DNA of 64,000 nt from the NCBI GenBank assembly GCA_963849405.1, contig CAWKHG010000006.1, positions 490,350 to 554,349 on the forward strand, given 5' to 3'. The translations under genes were made by a program, and so were the position numbers. The notes below the pieces were generated by a model, which worked only from the letters and a program-made list of their open reading frames with translations, did no database searches and was not told the DNA's origin. Every line of letters begins with the position of its first letter. The stretch's first letter is position 1. Positions 50,653-59,557 of the stretch are shown piece by piece. The DNA is from an uncultured Chloroflexia bacterium (GTDB lineage Bacteria > Chloroflexota > Limnocylindria > Limnocylindrales > CSP1-4).

Positions 50653-52800
50653 TCAGACGGCCACGATGCGGTTGCGGCCTGCCCGCTTGGCCATCGAGAG
50701 CGCCACATCCGCCGAACGGATCAGGGATTCCGGCGTCGTCTCCCCGACCTCGGCCTCCGCGCACCCGGCCGACACGGTCACCGGGGACTTCTTGCCGATC
50801 GCGTCGACCATCGGCGCCGCCTCGAGCGCGCCCCGGATCTCCTCCGCGATCCGGCAGGCGTCCGCCCGCGAAGCGCCCTGGAGGATCGCGATGAACTCCT
50901 CGCCGCCATAGCGCCCGACCAGGTCGGCCTCGCGCAGGCGCCCCTGGAGCAGCTTCCCGAACGTTCGCAGCACGTCGTCGCCGGCCAGGTGGCCGTGGAG
51001 CTTGTTGAACGCCCCGAAGTGGTCCAGGTCGAACAGGATGATCGAGAGCGGCTGGCGCTCGCCCTCGGCGAGCCGGGTGCGTGCCGCGGTGAGCGTGCGG
51101 AACGCCTCATCCAGGAAGCGCCGGTTGTGGAGGCCGGTCAGGGGGTCGCGGATCGCCAGCTCCGCGACCTCGCCGTGGAGCAGGGCGTTGCTCACGGCCA
51201 GGGTGATCTCGCCGGCCAGCAGCTCGAGGGCCTCGAGCTCGAGGTCGGTGAACGGCCGGTCGTGGTCCGCCCGGGCGACCGTCAGGGCGCCGAGGATGCC
51301 CCCGTCCCCGATGAGCGGCACTCCCAGGGCCCAGCCGTATTCGTCGAGGGCGTTGCCGCCCCGCAGGGTGCTCGGGTAGTCCGCGCGACGGAAGTGTTCC
51401 ACGCGGACGAGCTTGCCCTCCTTGATCGCGCGGCCGGCCATCCCCTCCCCCGGTTCGATGACGTTGCCGCTGGCACCCGTGCTGCCCTGCACCGCACGCG
51501 CGATGTACGAGCCCGACGAGTTGCGCACGATCACGGCGACGAGCTGGGCCGGGACGACGTCGTCGACGGCATTCACGATCACGTCGTACAGCTCGTCGGC
51601 CGCGAGCACCGAGCTGACCTTGGCCGAGAACGAGACGATCCGCTGGAAGACGCGGGCGCGCTCGGCCAGGTTCGCCCGTTCGATGGCCAGGGCGAGCGTG
51701 ACGGCGACCCGGTCGGCGACCACGCTGACGGCGGCGAGGTCGTGCTCGTCGAGCGGAGTCGGGCTCTCCACGTTGAGCACCCCGAGGAAGGCTCCGTGGG
51801 CCAGGAGCGGGACCGAGATCTCGCTCTGGATGCCCGGGTCCGCGCTGATGTAGTCGGGATCGACCGACACGTCCGGCAGGAACGCCGCCTCGCGGGTCCG
51901 GGCGACGCGGCCGATGACGCCCTTCGATGGCTCGAACTCGTAGATCGGGTTCGCGTAGCCGCGCTGCGCGCCGAGTCGGAGGATGGCGCCATCGCTCGTG
52001 TAGATCGAGGGATAGGTGTAGCCGAAGGTGTCCACGAGCAGGCCGACGACACCGTCGAGGGTCTCCTCCGTCGGACCCTGTTCGGCCAGGGCGCGACCGA
52101 TGGCCTCCATCCCGCGGAGCTGGCCGAGGGTCACCTCGGCGCGCCGGCTCGCCGCCCGGAGGTCGCGGCGTCGCTCGTGGGCGGATCGGGTCTGTTCGAC
52201 CACCCGGCGACGCGTCGTCCCGAGCAGGGCCTGGCCGACGAGGCTGATGATCCCGCCAAGGGCGAAGCCGGTCAGGAGGCCGACTCGCTCGCGATCGATC
52301 GCCGTGTTGTCGCCGCCGGCCACGAAGACGCCCGCCAGCAGGGCCGCGCCGGCCGCGAGCCAGACCAGGTGCTGGCGTGTCCCCCACGGTACGAACAGGA
52401 TGAGGGCCATCGGCAGCATGCCGACGAGGGAGACCGCGTAATCGGAGACACCCGGCGACTCGGTGACGACGGCGCCCAGGATCCCCGCCAGGCCGAAGAA
52501 CCCGAACACGCCGGCCAGCGCCGACAGCCAGCGGTCGGGGAACCGGCTCGCCAGGACCCACAAGCCGGCGAAGACGATGCCGACGCCGAGCGCGACCATC
52601 GTCGTGGCACTGGGCGCGCCGAGGACGACGTGGACCACCGCCGAGCCGAGCGAGAGCCCGGAGGCGATGATCGCCGCGACCTTGAGGCCGCGCCGCAGCT
52701 GGCGCGCCTCGGCGCGGCGCAGCACCTTGTCGTCCTCGGACATGGGCGGCCGCAGGGCACGCCCGGATGCGTCCGGCGGGACGGATTCCGAGACTGTCAC
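50653..52800 (-). CDS. membrane-anchored GAF-domain diguanylate cyclase (GGDEF)
   Basis: 6 N-terminal TM helices, two GAF-like regions, RYGGEEF active-site motif, DLDHFGAFNKLHGHLAGD. Confidence 0.8.
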   Translation of the reverse strand: MTVSESVPPDASGRALRPPMSEDDKVLRRAEARQLRRGLKVAAIIASGLSLGSAVVHVVLGAPSATTMVALGVGIVFAGLWVLASRFPDRWLSALAGVFGFFGLAGILGAVVTESPGVSDYAVSLVGMLPMALILFVPWGTRQHLVWLAAGAALLAGVFVAGGDNTAIDRERVGLLTGFALGGIISLVGQALLGTTRRRVVEQTRSAHERRRDLRAASRRAEVTLGQLRGMEAIGRALAEQGPTEETLDGVVGLLVDTFGYTYPSIYTSDGAILRLGAQRGYANPIYEFEPSKGVIGRVARTREAAFLPDVSVDPDYISADPGIQSEISVPLLAHGAFLGVLNVESPTPLDEHDLAAVSVVADRVAVTLALAIERANLAERARVFQRIVSFSAKVSSVLAADELYDVIVNAVDDVVPAQLVAVIVRNSSGSYIARAVQGSTGASGNVIEPGEGMAGRAIKEGKLVRVEHFRRADYPSTLRGGNALDEYGWALGVPLIGDGGILGALTVARADHDRPFTDLELEALELLAGEITLAVSNALLHGEVAELAIRDPLTGLHNRRFLDEAFRTLTAARTRLAEGERQPLSIILFDLDHFGAFNKLHGHLAGDDVLRTFGKLLQGRLREADLVGRYGGEEFIAILQGASRADACRIAEEIRGALEAAPMVDAIGKKSPVTVSAGCAEAEVGETTPESLIRSADVALSMAKRAGRNRIVAV

Positions 52801-52918
52801 GTTGCGAGATGCCTCGCGGGAAGCTCGATCGGCCGACTATAGCGCCTTGCGTTCGGCGTGAACCTTACAGATCGCGCTGCGTGAGGCGGCGCCCGCGACG
52901 GTCGGTGACGGGCGATCG

Positions 52919-55300
52919 TCAGGCCGGGAAGGCCAGGAAGGTCCCGTCCTCCGCGCGCGGGATCGGCACGATACGGACCACGGCCTCGCGCGGGATCGAT
53001 CGGTAGATGTGCGGGAAGCGCCGTTCCTCGTCGTCGTAGCGCCAGTCGTCGCCGAGCCGGCCGAGGTCGATCGACGCCACGAGGAACGGCCGCGGGTCGT
53101 CGCGGTAGAAGCGATCGCCCGAGGCCCGCAGCCCTTCGACCCCGTCCGTGCAGTGGACGAAGCCCTCCGTCGCGAGCGACGCCGGTTCATAGTCGGCGCC
53201 GGGCTCGAGCGCATCCCAGGTCTCGGCGGCCACGAGGTGATAGGTGACGTGCGCGGTCGCGGCGGACGGTGCCGCGATCTCCGCCGCGGGAGTCGCCGTC
53301 TCCGTCGTGGGGGTGGCCTCCGAAGCGGAGACGTCCTCCTCGGACCTGGGCGGGGCATCCACGCTGGCCGGATGGTCGATCGAGACCCAGCGCCGGTCGA
53401 GCGGCAGGTGGATGACGGTCGGGCCATCGGCCACCAGCGCCTCGCGCAGGACCTCCTCGAACTTCGCGTCGTCCTCGACCAGGACGCCTCGCGCCCCGAA
53501 GCCCTCGGCGAGCTTCACGACGTCCAGCGGGCCGAGCTCGGTCCCGACGCCGAGACCCGTCCCGCGCAGCCCCTGGTGCATCCGGATCGTCCCGTAGCGC
53601 CGGTTGTCGAAGACGAGCAGCACGATCCGGCAGTGCTCGCGGACGGCCGTCTCGAGCTCGGCCATGGTCATGCCGAACCCGCCGTCCCCGGTCACCCCGA
53701 TCACGGCCCGCTCGTGGTGGACGAGCGAGGCCGCGATGGCCGCGGGTAAGGCGTAGCCCATCGCGCCGGACGTCGGACCAAGGAACGTGCCCGGCCGGCG
53801 GCAGCGATAGCCGCGGGCGAGCCATCCGGCGAAGTTGCCGGCGTCGGTGGCGACGATCGCCTCCGGCGGCAGGACCCGGTTCATGGTCGCCACGATCCGG
53901 CCGGGGTGCACGCCCGGGCCGTCCCACTCCCCACCGTCGACGACCGTCGCAGCCTCCCAGGCGGCCCGGTCCGTCGCGTTGGCGATCCGCCGGGCATCGA
54001 GGCTGTCCTTGTCGTGCACGGTGCCTGCGAGCAGGCGCGCCGCGACGCGCAGGAAGGTGCGTGCGTCGGCCTGGATCGCGAGGTCCGGCGGCCGGAGGCC
54101 CGCCTTGGCGGTCCGCGGCTCGACATCGACGTGGGTCCAGCGCTGGCGCTCGCCGGGTACCAGGTAGTCCATCGAGGTGGGCTCGTTGAGCCGACATCCG
54201 ACGACGAGCAGCTCATCCGCGTCGGTGAGCCGTTCGGCGAGCACCTCGGGGGCCGCATAGCCGGTCATGCCAAGGTACAGCGGATGGTCGTTCGGGAAGA
54301 CGTCCGCGCGCCGCCAGGACGCCACCACCGGCACCTCGAGGATCTCCGCGAGGCGCACGAGATCCGCGGTCGAGCGGGCCCGCAGCACACCGGCCCCGGC
54401 GACGATCAGCGGGCGCTTGCCTGCGGTCAGCCGCCGGATCGCCGTGCGCACGACATCCGGGTCGGGATCGGCCGGTCGGCTGCGGACGACGTGGGCGACC
54501 TCCGTGCCGTCGGGCATCGTCTCGTCCAGGACGTCCTCCGGCACCGCGATGACGACGGGGCCGGGCCGTCCACCGAGGGCCTGGCGGGTCGCTTCGGACA
54601 TCGCGGCGGGCAGCCGGGCCGGGTCGTCCACCTCGATGGCCCAGGTCGCGAGGCGGCCGATGGAGCCAGGCAGGTCGGCCTCCTGGAACGCTTCCCGGCC
54701 GCGAACGGCGCGCGGCACGTGGCCGAGCACGGCGAACATCGGCGTCGAGTCGGCCTTCGCCGTGTGGATCCCGATCGCGAGGTTGGATGCTCCGACCGCA
54801 CGGGTCGCGAGCGCGGCCGCAGGCCGGCCGGTCAGCTGGCCGTACGCCTCGGCCATGAACGCGGCGCCACCTTCGTGGCGGGTCGCGACGACGCGGATGC
54901 CGGCCGGCCCCAGCGCATCGAGGAGTCCGAGGAAGCTCTCGCCGGGCACGGTGAACGCGACACGGACGCCGGCCGCATGCAGCGCGTCCGCCAGGAAGCG
55001 ACCCGCCGTGCGCGGTGGGCCGGGCGGCGGCGGAGGCGGTTCGGGCGCGGGGGGCGGCCCGGCCGCCGGCTCGGGGGCGCTGGGCGGCGCAGGCGGCGCG
55101 GCGGGCGGCGCGTCCGCCGTCGACTCGTCGGGGGGCGCGATCGTAGCCGCCGCGGGCGCGGCACCGGCCGTCGCGGGCGCGGACTCGTCACGGAGCCCGT
55201 AGCCGGATGGGGGCGGGGCGGCGTCGCCCGACCGCTCCACCGCCGGCTCGTCTGCCGGGGGCGCGGGGGCCGTGCTGTCTTCGCTCCGGACGTCGGTCAC
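52919..55300 (-). CDS. thiamine-diphosphate enzyme (acetolactate-synthase-like) with Pro/Ala-rich N-terminus and C-terminal DUF952 fusion
   Basis: TPP_N (RFLADALHAAGVRVAFTVPGE), central and TPP-binding (GDGGFGMTMAELETAV..) domains. C-terminal HVTYHLVAAETWDALEPGADYEPASLATEGFVHCT...FPHIYRSIP matches DUF952. Confidence 0.7.
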   Translation of the reverse strand: MTDVRSEDSTAPAPPADEPAVERSGDAAPPPSGYGLRDESAPATAGAAPAAATIAPPDESTADAPPAAPPAPPSAPEPAAGPPPAPEPPPPPPGPPRTAGRFLADALHAAGVRVAFTVPGESFLGLLDALGPAGIRVVATRHEGGAAFMAEAYGQLTGRPAAALATRAVGASNLAIGIHTAKADSTPMFAVLGHVPRAVRGREAFQEADLPGSIGRLATWAIEVDDPARLPAAMSEATRQALGGRPGPVVIAVPEDVLDETMPDGTEVAHVVRSRPADPDPDVVRTAIRRLTAGKRPLIVAGAGVLRARSTADLVRLAEILEVPVVASWRRADVFPNDHPLYLGMTGYAAPEVLAERLTDADELLVVGCRLNEPTSMDYLVPGERQRWTHVDVEPRTAKAGLRPPDLAIQADARTFLRVAARLLAGTVHDKDSLDARRIANATDRAAWEAATVVDGGEWDGPGVHPGRIVATMNRVLPPEAIVATDAGNFAGWLARGYRCRRPGTFLGPTSGAMGYALPAAIAASLVHHERAVIGVTGDGGFGMTMAELETAVREHCRIVLLVFDNRRYGTIRMHQGLRGTGLGVGTELGPLDVVKLAEGFGARGVLVEDDAKFEEVLREALVADGPTVIHLPLDRRWVSIDHPASVDAPPRSEEDVSASEATPTTETATPAAEIAAPSAATAHVTYHLVAAETWDALEPGADYEPASLATEGFVHCTDGVEGLRASGDRFYRDDPRPFLVASIDLGRLGDDWRYDDEERRFPHIYRSIPREAVVRIVPIPRAEDGTFLAFPA

Positions 55301-55302
55301 GA

Positions 55303-55794
55303 TCAGCGGTAGTTCTGGAACTGGAGGGGCACGGCCTCGTCGAGCTCGCGCAACCGGCCGATGACCCGCTGCAGGTCGTCCTTGCTCTTCGCCGACACGC
55401 GCACGGCGTCACCCTGGATCTGCGACTTCACCCTGGGGAACTCGTCCCGGATGAGCTTGGTGACCTTGCGGGCGAGCTCGTCGCCGAGGCCGCGCTTGAG
55501 CGTGATGACCTGCTTGACCTTGTTGCCGCCGACCGGCTCGACCTTGCCCCAGTCGAAGATCTTGAGGCTCAGGTTGCGCCGGATCGCCTTCGTCTCGATC
55601 AGGTCCTTCACGGCGGTCGCCCGGTGCTCGTCGTCCGTGAGCAACGTGAGCTCGGTCTTCGCCTGGGTGAGATCGACGGTCACGCCCTTGAAGTCGAACC
55701 GCTGCTGGATCTCGCGACGCACCTGGTCCAGGGCGTTGCGCAGCTCCTGCTCGTCGAACTCGCTCACCACGTCGAATGAGACTTCGCCCGCCAT
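55303..55794 (-). CDS. YajQ-family (UPF0234) nucleotide/c-di-GMP-binding protein
   Basis: MAGEVSFDVVSEFDEQELRNALDQVRREIQQRFDFKGV. Confidence 0.8.
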   Translation of the reverse strand: MAGEVSFDVVSEFDEQELRNALDQVRREIQQRFDFKGVTVDLTQAKTELTLLTDDEHRATAVKDLIETKAIRRNLSLKIFDWGKVEPVGGNKVKQVITLKRGLGDELARKVTKLIRDEFPRVKSQIQGDAVRVSAKSKDDLQRVIGRLRELDEAVPLQFQNYR

Positions 55795-55932
55795 CCAACC
55801 TCCTCATCGCGGTGGTCGCGACCTGCCCGTCGCTCCCCTGCCCTGCACGGCCGGCCGCCATGGTACCCGCCCCCGGCGTACGGTGCCGTCGGCACCTGGC
55901 GTGTTGAAGCCACGCGAGCAGCCCTCGCGCGA

Positions 55933-57498
55933 TCAGGCGAGGCGCTCCAGGAGCAGTTCGCCGATGCGGTAGCTCCGCCCGCCACCCATGACGAGGACCG
56001 CGTCGCCCGGTCGCACGTGCGTCGTCAGCCATGCGGCGGTCGCCTCCACGGACCCGGTCGCGGCCACCTCGAGCCCCGGCCGGCGAGCCGCCACGGCACG
56101 GGCGAGGCCCTCCGGGGATGCGATCGTCGTGTCGGGATCGCGGCCCGCCCAGATGTCGGCGATGGCCACCGCGTCCGCCTCGGCCAGCGCGGTCGCGAAC
56201 CCGTCGAGGAGCGCCGCAGTCCGGTGGAAGGTCAGTGGCTCGTACACGGCCCAGACGCGCCGGCCGGGCTCCCGCTGGCGCACCGCCGCGAGCGTGGCCT
56301 GGATCGCCGTGGGGTGATGGCCGTAGTCGTCGTACACGACGACGCCGCGCGCCTCGCCCTTGCGCTCCAGGCGCCGGCCGATGCCGCCGAAGCTCGCCAG
56401 CCCCTCCATGGCCGCCCCGGCCTCCACGCCGACGGCGCGGGCCGCCGCGAGGACGAGCAGCGCGTTGGCGACGTTGTGGCGGCCGGCCGCGGCGATGTGC
56501 ACGGTCGTGGGCTCGTCCACGACGGACCGACCGAGGACTTCGACCGTGGATCCATCCGGGTCCGAGCGCGCGATCCGGCCGATGACGACCGCCGCCTCGC
56601 CCGCCGGCGTCGCGTACGCCTGGGCCATCCCCCTGGCGTAGCCGGCCATCTTCTGGAGCGGGGCGTCCACGAGGGCCGTGACGACGAGACGGCCAGGCCA
56701 CGTGGGGGCGAGGCGCCGGACGAGCTCCTCCCCGCCGGTGTCCGCCACGTTGGCGATGAGCGTCGATCCCGCGTTCGCGCCCTGACCGTCGCCCTCGATC
56801 CAGCCGGCGAATGCCTCGATGACGGCGGCCCGATCGGCGAATACGTCCGGGTGGTCCCACTCGACGTTCGTGACCACGGTCACAGCCGGCCGGTACGCAT
56901 CGAAGTTGCCGGCGTACTCGTCGGCCTCGACGACGAACGTGGAGCCCTTGCCCGAGCGCGCGGTGGCCGGCGGCCCGCCGGTGATCCCCGGCCCGAGGAG
57001 CGCGCCGACCAGCGCGGACGGATCGGCCCCGGCGGCTGTGAGCACGTGCACGAGCCAGCCCGCGGTCGTGCTCTTGCCGTGCGTGCCGGCCACCGCCACG
57101 AGCGTCCTGCCCGCGGCGGCATCGGCCACGAGCTGCTGCCACGACTCGAGCGGGATGCCGGCCCGCCGCGCGGCCGCCAGCTCGGGGTGGTCCGGGGCGA
57201 TCGCCGTGAGCGCCTTGGTGACGGCCAGGCGCTGGGGCGGGTTCGGTCCCGTGACATGGGCGGCGTCGTGACCGGCCGCGACAGGTATCCCCGCGGCCGT
57301 CAATGCCGGTGTGTACGACGATTCGCCACCTTCGTCGCAGGCGCTGACCTTGGCGCCCGCGGCGGCGGCCAGCAACGCCGCCCCGCTCGCCCCGGCGCCA
57401 CCGGCCCCGACGACATGGATGCGCTCCCCGGCGGGGATCGGACGGGCCGCCCTGGGCGCCGCGAGGCCGGCCCCGATCTCGGCGGCCGTGCGGGTCAT
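55933..57498 (-). CDS. murC: UDP-N-acetylmuramate--L-alanine ligase
   Basis: IHVVGAGGAGASGAA, AVAGTHGKSTT (P-loop), Mur ligase C-domain. Confidence 0.75.
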   Translation of the reverse strand: MTRTAAEIGAGLAAPRAARPIPAGERIHVVGAGGAGASGAALLAAAAGAKVSACDEGGESSYTPALTAAGIPVAAGHDAAHVTGPNPPQRLAVTKALTAIAPDHPELAAARRAGIPLESWQQLVADAAAGRTLVAVAGTHGKSTTAGWLVHVLTAAGADPSALVGALLGPGITGGPPATARSGKGSTFVVEADEYAGNFDAYRPAVTVVTNVEWDHPDVFADRAAVIEAFAGWIEGDGQGANAGSTLIANVADTGGEELVRRLAPTWPGRLVVTALVDAPLQKMAGYARGMAQAYATPAGEAAVVIGRIARSDPDGSTVEVLGRSVVDEPTTVHIAAAGRHNVANALLVLAAARAVGVEAGAAMEGLASFGGIGRRLERKGEARGVVVYDDYGHHPTAIQATLAAVRQREPGRRVWAVYEPLTFHRTAALLDGFATALAEADAVAIADIWAGRDPDTTIASPEGLARAVAARRPGLEVAATGSVEATAAWLTTHVRPGDAVLVMGGGRSYRIGELLLERLA

Positions 57499-58067
57499 GA
57501 GCGGGCGGCGGCCGTCCCCGCTGGTTCGGGTGCCGCTGCATCCGGAGCCGCCGCGTCGGCCGCGGCGAGGAGCAGCTCCAGGGCCAGGCCGGCGCTCGAC
57601 CATTTGTTCGCGTTGCGGTCGCCCGTCCAGATCACGCGGCGGACCTCCATACCGGCGGGACCGGTGACCGCCAGGTAGGTGAGACCGACGGGCTTGGCCG
57701 GCGTTCCGCCGTCGGGTCCGGCGATCCCGGTGATCGAAACCGCGAGGCTCGTGGCGAGCGCGGCACGGACGCCCTCGGCCATCGCCCGGGCCACCTGGGC
57801 GCTCACCGCCCCGTGCGCGTCGAGGACGGCCTGGGGCACGCCGAGCTGGCTCACCTTCACCGCGTCGGAGTACGCGACGACCCCGCCGAGGAGGTAGCCG
57901 GACGAGCCCGAGACCTGGGTGATGCAGTGGGCGACGAGGCCGCCCGTGCACGACTCGGCGGTCGCGACCGTGAGTCCGGCCGCGATGCAGCGGGCCTGGA
58001 GCCGCTCGGCGAGGGCGGAGAGCCCGGCCTCCGGGCCTTCGGTCGCCGGCGTCACGCCCTCGTCCAT
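57495..58067 (-). CDS. CinA C-terminal domain protein (nicotinamide-nucleotide amidohydrolase-like)
   Basis: LTVATAESCTGGLVAHCITQVSGSS. Confidence 0.7.
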   Translation of the reverse strand: MDEGVTPATEGPEAGLSALAERLQARCIAAGLTVATAESCTGGLVAHCITQVSGSSGYLLGGVVAYSDAVKVSQLGVPQAVLDAHGAVSAQVARAMAEGVRAALATSLAVSITGIAGPDGGTPAKPVGLTYLAVTGPAGMEVRRVIWTGDRNANKWSSAGLALELLLAAADAAAPDAAAPEPAGTAAARS

Positions 58068-58071
58068 CGGC

Positions 58072-59457
58072 CTACTTGTTCTGCGTCTGCTTGGGCTGCG
58101 CCCCGGCCGTGAACAGCCACGTCTCGGGGTTGAGCGACGTCCCGAGCTTGCCGAACGACACACCGTTCATCGTGAAGAACGTGGCCGCCGACGCGCCGGT
58201 CCGGACCTCCACCGACTGGTCGCCCGTGAAGGTGAGGACCTTGCCGTCGCCGAAGACCTTGCCGGCCGCTCCGATCGATGGGACGAGCACGCCATCGACC
58301 CAGACCTTGAGCCAGGCCCGGCCGTGGATCGTCACGACGACGCTCACCCCGTGGTAGGCGATCGTGACGTTCTTCGTGAGCGTCGTCTTGCGGCCTTCCG
58401 CGTTCGAGGCGGTGATCGTGACGAGCCAGCGGCCGTTGGCGAGCTCGTACGGCGTGTTGAACCGGCCGTCCGGCCCGACGGCGATGGTGACCGGCTGCGG
58501 CGCCGTGGGTGGCTTGGCCGTGGGCGTCGGCGACTTGCCGGGCTTGGGCGTCGCCTGCGGCCCGCCCGTCGCGCCGACATAGCTCGCGCTCACGACGACC
58601 TGGGTGGCGTTCGTAGCTGTCCCGGTGATGGGGATCGCCCCGTTCTGGAAGCTCGCCCCCTCGGCCGGCGAATCCACCTCCAGGGTGGGCGCCAGGACCG
58701 CCGAGATCGGCACGTTGACGATGTACGCGAGCGTCTGCTCGGAGTTCTTGCCCGTGTCCGGGTCGGTGGCGGAGATCTTGAAGTCGTTGCGCCCGCGGCG
58801 CAGCGGCACGACCTGGCTCCACAGGCCGATGCTGTCGGCCGTCGCCTGGAGCTGGTGGCCGGAGGAGTCGCTGATCGTCACAGTCCCGTGGGGGATCGTC
58901 GTGCCCCGGAACGTGTACTCGGTGTCGGTCTCGGACGTGTCGCTCACGGCGGTCGGCGGGTCCGACACCGCGATCGACGGCGGCTTCGCGAACCGCAGCA
59001 GCTGGATCGCGAGGTAGCCGACGAACAGGAGCAGGACGACCGTCATGAGGGCCGCGACGACGATCGCCGGCGAGAACGTCAGGCCCTGGCGCGGCGCCGT
59101 GAGCGGCCGGGGCAGGACGATCGATGGCGAGGTGTCGACCTTGCCCTCGCCCTTCTCGCGCCGCCACTGGAGGAGGATCTCGTCGGGGTCGAGGCCCAGG
59201 TACTGGGCGTAGTTGCGCAGGAAGCCCTTCGTGTAGACCGAGCCGGGCAGCTCGCGGTACTCGCCCCGCTCGAGGGCGCCAAGGTATCGCGCCCGGATCT
59301 TCGTATCGCGCTCGGCACGATACAGATCGACGCCTTTGCGTTCGCGGGCGGCGAGCAGTCGTTCGCCAAGGCCGGCCACCGGTTCGGCGACCGGCATCGG
59401 CCGGTTGGTCGCGGAACGGGCTTCGCTGCGGCGGCGGGCCTCGTCTCGGGTGGTCAT
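58072..59457 (-). CDS. RodZ-like protein: XRE-type HTH, TM helix, Pro/Thr-rich linker, C-terminal DUF4115
   Basis: GERLLAARERKGVDLYRAERDTKIRARYLGALERGEY. TM AIVVAALMTVVLLLFVGYLAI. C-term WLKVWVDG... Confidence 0.65.
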   Translation of the reverse strand: MTTRDEARRRSEARSATNRPMPVAEPVAGLGERLLAARERKGVDLYRAERDTKIRARYLGALERGEYRELPGSVYTKGFLRNYAQYLGLDPDEILLQWRREKGEGKVDTSPSIVLPRPLTAPRQGLTFSPAIVVAALMTVVLLLFVGYLAIQLLRFAKPPSIAVSDPPTAVSDTSETDTEYTFRGTTIPHGTVTISDSSGHQLQATADSIGLWSQVVPLRRGRNDFKISATDPDTGKNSEQTLAYIVNVPISAVLAPTLEVDSPAEGASFQNGAIPITGTATNATQVVVSASYVGATGGPQATPKPGKSPTPTAKPPTAPQPVTIAVGPDGRFNTPYELANGRWLVTITASNAEGRKTTLTKNVTIAYHGVSVVVTIHGRAWLKVWVDGVLVPSIGAAGKVFGDGKVLTFTGDQSVEVRTGASAATFFTMNGVSFGKLGTSLNPETWLFTAGAQPKQTQNK

Positions 59458-59557
59458 GCGGTCGGTCTGTCCTCAGGGGGCCCGAGCCGCGCGCTCCGGC
59501 GTCCGGTCCCGCGGTCAGGATACCCGACGTCGTCGACCGCCCCTCCTGGAAGGGCCG

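Noticed and set aside
55409-57541. 710-aa ORF and several 150-570 aa ORFs elsewhere (e.g. 9867-11582, 12972-13661, 8530-9894)
   Set aside because: These are off-frame or antisense to well-supported genes (MurC, alpha/beta hydrolase, NDH-2). They have the low-complexity composition expected from GC-rich non-coding frames.
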